DNA from: Catajapyx aquilonaris
Taxonomy: Eukaryota
NCBI GenBank assembly: GCA_000934665.2
Contig: JYFJ02004093.1
Location: 1-34,882 of the forward strand
Direction: 5' to 3'
Length of the DNA: 34,882 nt
The notes beneath the pieces were generated by a model. The model did not search any database, had not been told where the DNA came from, and saw only the letters and a program-made list of their open reading frames with translations. Shown one piece after another: positions 32,220 through 34,882 of the stretch. The translations under genes were made by a program, and so were the position numbers. Positions within the stretch are counted from its first letter, which is position 1; each line of letters begins with the position of its first letter.

Positions 32220-32997
32220 CTATTGTTTATCCGCACCATAACGACACAGTTGGTGTTAGGCGGGCAGGGGGCCTTCCGACGGTTGGCAACGTTGCGTCAC
32301 AAACAATCGATATTGATACTGCTACATGGAACTGTGCTTTATTCTTTCAATTCGTGATTTTGAGGTGATTCAGTGGATGGAATAGCCCTTTGTCTTGGTG
32401 TTGCCGTATGGCTTTTTGTTACCGCAACAGTACTGTACATTGTTGTGGCCCTGCCAGGCATGGTACATCGCCCGTGCGCAACAAAATTGTTAGTTTTTGC
32501 GGAGCGAAAGCGGAGCTGGGCGCTTATTGTGGGTTTCTGTATCCGCAACATTTACTGCCCGTCTTGTGGCGCCGCAGGCCAACAAACGTTATTGTGGCTT
32601 TGCCAAGCGCGAAGTACACCTTCACACAGTCCGTTAAACCAACGAGCTACATGGCGCCAAGTTCCGCCCGCCACCACCCGGCTCTCCCCTCCAATCATGC
32701 CCACGACTCACTCTGCAGGCATACTACTGCACACGCTCAGAAAACACGGCTGGTGTGACATCATATTGTTCTTTGGGTTAACGGACTGCAGCAACCACCA
32801 TGGCTTTCATATTTCCCACCTCCTTCATTAATACTGTGGTCCTAGCACTCGTCTGAACGGTTGGCGTGGCAGGGGTAAGAAGACGCCCTTTGTTATGCTC
32901 TCCCGGCAACCGGTTGTTTGCAACTCATAGCCAACAGGTTTGGAGCACACGACGCCCTGCCAATCCCGCCGCGTCGCTAGGTGCGGATAAACGATAG
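32220..32997. mobile_element. CpG-rich non-autonomous TIR element, superfamily unassigned
   Basis: CTATTGTTTATCCGCACC ... GGTGCGGATAAACGATAG inverted ends, degenerate internal symmetry; no clear TSD. Confidence 0.65.
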
Positions 32998-33067
32998 ACT
33001 TGAAAAAACCATATGTCGATACGAGACGGTCACATTAATTTATTAATATTTATATAGGCTAGTTGAA

Positions 33068-33353
33068 CCGAAGCAGGTTGGCATAGTGGATAAGGCGTCC
33101 GACTGCTAATCGGGAGGTCCTGGGTTCGAATCCCGGGGCCGGCAACTCTGACCTGTGGTTCCCCACGGTCCTTCCAGGAAAATTCCGGAGTTGCTTCCGT
33201 AATTAATAAGCCACAGCCGCTTCCTTCCGTCCCTATCATACCCCAAAAAGCGCAGAAAATGAAAGCAAAGAGTTCCAGGCAAAACAAACTTCCCCCCTAA
33301 AGAGCCGATGGCTGATAACGGGGTATGTATTATATTATTATTATTATTTATAC
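33068..33353 (+). mobile_element. SINE family A, full length
   Basis: A box TGGCATAGTGG, B box GGTTCGAATCC, (TTA)n tail; TSD AGGCTAGTTGAA at 33056-33067 and 33354-33365. Confidence 0.9.
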
Positions 33354-33664
33354 AGGCTAGTTGAAAATGTAAGTTTTTGTCAATATTTTGAAAAGACAAA
33401 AACAATTAAAAACTCCGTGGAACCTCGGATGACCCTTCCTTTTTGTTTTATATCTCTTCTGAAGACGCTTTCAACCATATCTTACACCAGTGGTTTTCAA
33501 ACTGGGGTACACGAACACAAGTTTGGGGGTACGAGAAAGATATCGTGCAATGGCGTCCAGTCTCTATATTTGTGTATTCTGATTCAACCAGAAGGAACCA
33601 ACTTCTGAGAAAAACACAAAAAATGGTCCTATACTTATTCCCATCTTTCTTTCTGCTATTATTA

Positions 33665-33748
33665 CAGTTTAATCCGGATATAACAGACTTCAAGGAACCG
33701 AGGTACTCAGTCTGCTACAGCCGAGGCTGTTAAATCCTGATTCAACTG
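33665..33748. mobile_element. 84-bp pogo/Tigger-like MITE
   Basis: TA|CAGTTTAATCCGGATATAACAG ... CTGTTAAATCCTGATTCAACTG|TA. Confidence 0.65.
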
Positions 33749-34106
33749 TACGTATCATTTTAGGGAAGATTTATTATATACAGAGGCATTTTCTGACTGA
33801 TGCCATTTCATTCAGCACATGTATTGAAGCTCAAGAAGCAACATGGTAGTGTTAACTCGAAAATGCCACAATTCCTAATATCTGGTTCGATTCTACCACT
33901 GTGCTTTGCAACGTTGTGAAGGATTTGAAAATAAACTCTGGCTGCACAGGCTAATCTACCTGGCCTAAAAAATTGCGAGTATCAACAAATGACACAGAGG
34001 GCTTCAAGACATCACCGCCAACACATCATTTCATGTGCAAATCAAGGAATTATCATAGGAATTACCAAGGAATTATCAAAAATTCCAGTTTTGGGAATGT
34101 TGAGTA

Positions 34107-34407
34107 ATATAATAATAATAATAATTGATACCCCATTATCAGCCCTTTAGGCTTTATTAGGGGGGGATTTCTCCCAATTTTTTTGTCTGGAACTCTTTCC
34201 ATTTTTACTATATTTTCATCGGAATTGAGGCAAGGATAAGTAAGGAAGGAAGTGGCTGTGGCCTATAATTACGGTAACGACCCCGGAATTATCCTGCGGT
34301 GACCATGGGAAACCACAGAAAACCATGATCTCCGGCCTCCGGGATTCGAACCCAGGACCTCCCGATTAGCAGTCGGACACCATACCACTACACCACTACT
34401 GCTTTGG
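34107..34407 (-). mobile_element. SINE family A, full length
   Basis: Reverse complement of family A; 16-bp TSD TTGGGAATGTTGAGTA at 34091-34106 and 34408-34423. Confidence 0.9.
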
Positions 34408-34434
34408 TTGGGAATGTTGAGTATGCTACATGGT

Positions 34435-34525
34435 AGCAAATTTTCTTGCCTTCCAGCAATGTCCAAGATTTGCAAAGAGGCAGTGGAGGCCCAGTTGAGG
34501 TCAGCATTCAAGTCAACATATTGGA
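34435..34525 (+). pseudogene. Possible LINE reverse-transcriptase relic
   Basis: FSCLPAMSKICKEAVEAQL resembles the non-LTR RT motif ISLLPxLSKIFEKxVxxQL. Confidence 0.35.
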
Positions 34526-34882
34526 GCACAAGAATCAACTGTCACAATAGTTTCTAAATTTTAATTTTCAGAGATGGACAGGCCAATTATTTGCATCATG
34601 AGTTTGAGATTTCTTTACTTGTCCTGAACATGTCAGAGCAGAATGGGGTCCTAGCCTACATTTTGCAAACACATGTAAAAAATAGTCCTTATTTTTAAAT
34701 GAATTTTGGTGTTTTTTGTTTGAGGAAATAAATATTAGTTTTCGAGCTATGATCGATCTAAGATCATAATAATTATACGGTATCGTATTGTCCGCTGACA
34801 TCACTGTTGTCTGAGGCCATGCCCCTGTTTTTCCCACCAATTTTCGAGTGACTTTTAAACCCCTGATAACTTATCGAGGAAA

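Noticed and set aside
32373..32831. 152-aa ORF with a hydrophobic N-terminus
   Set aside because: Lies inside a GC-rich TIR element, antisense within a UHRF1 intron, begins at GTG and has no recognisable domain

Overview
Eukaryotic (animal, most likely arthropod/insect-like) genomic DNA, dense in transposable elements, with three spliced protein-coding genes. (1) The last coding exon of a nervy/ETO (CBFA2T/MTG8-family) MYND-finger co-repressor on + (3446-3931). (2) A complete 8-exon NOP9 gene (Pumilio-repeat 18S rRNA maturation factor) on - (23876->11860; 1797 nt, 598 aa, all introns GT-AG with consistent phases). (3) The last three coding exons of UHRF1 (end of SRA domain, linker, RING finger) on - (31555->30572). 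Introns and intergenic DNA hold several tRNA-derived SINE families with target-site duplications (TSDs), many non-autonomous DNA transposons (Tc1/mariner foldback MITEs, pogo/Tigger-, PIF/Harbinger- and piggyBac-type), nested insertions and decayed transposase/RT fragments. I found no prokaryotic system, CRISPR array or true tRNA/rRNA gene, and no clearly new biological system. The best leads are: foldback MITEs whose two arms have diverged together between copies; a mariner MITE built from two 5' ends; a possible UGA-C readthrough extension of nervy; modular SINEs that swap 3' tails, one with a V-SINE-like domain; a TSD-flanked 'tail-only' microsatellite insertion; TSD-less perfect hairpins in NOP9 intron 2; and a stop-free in-frame intron splitting the UHRF1 RING. 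All coordinates and alignments were read by eye.
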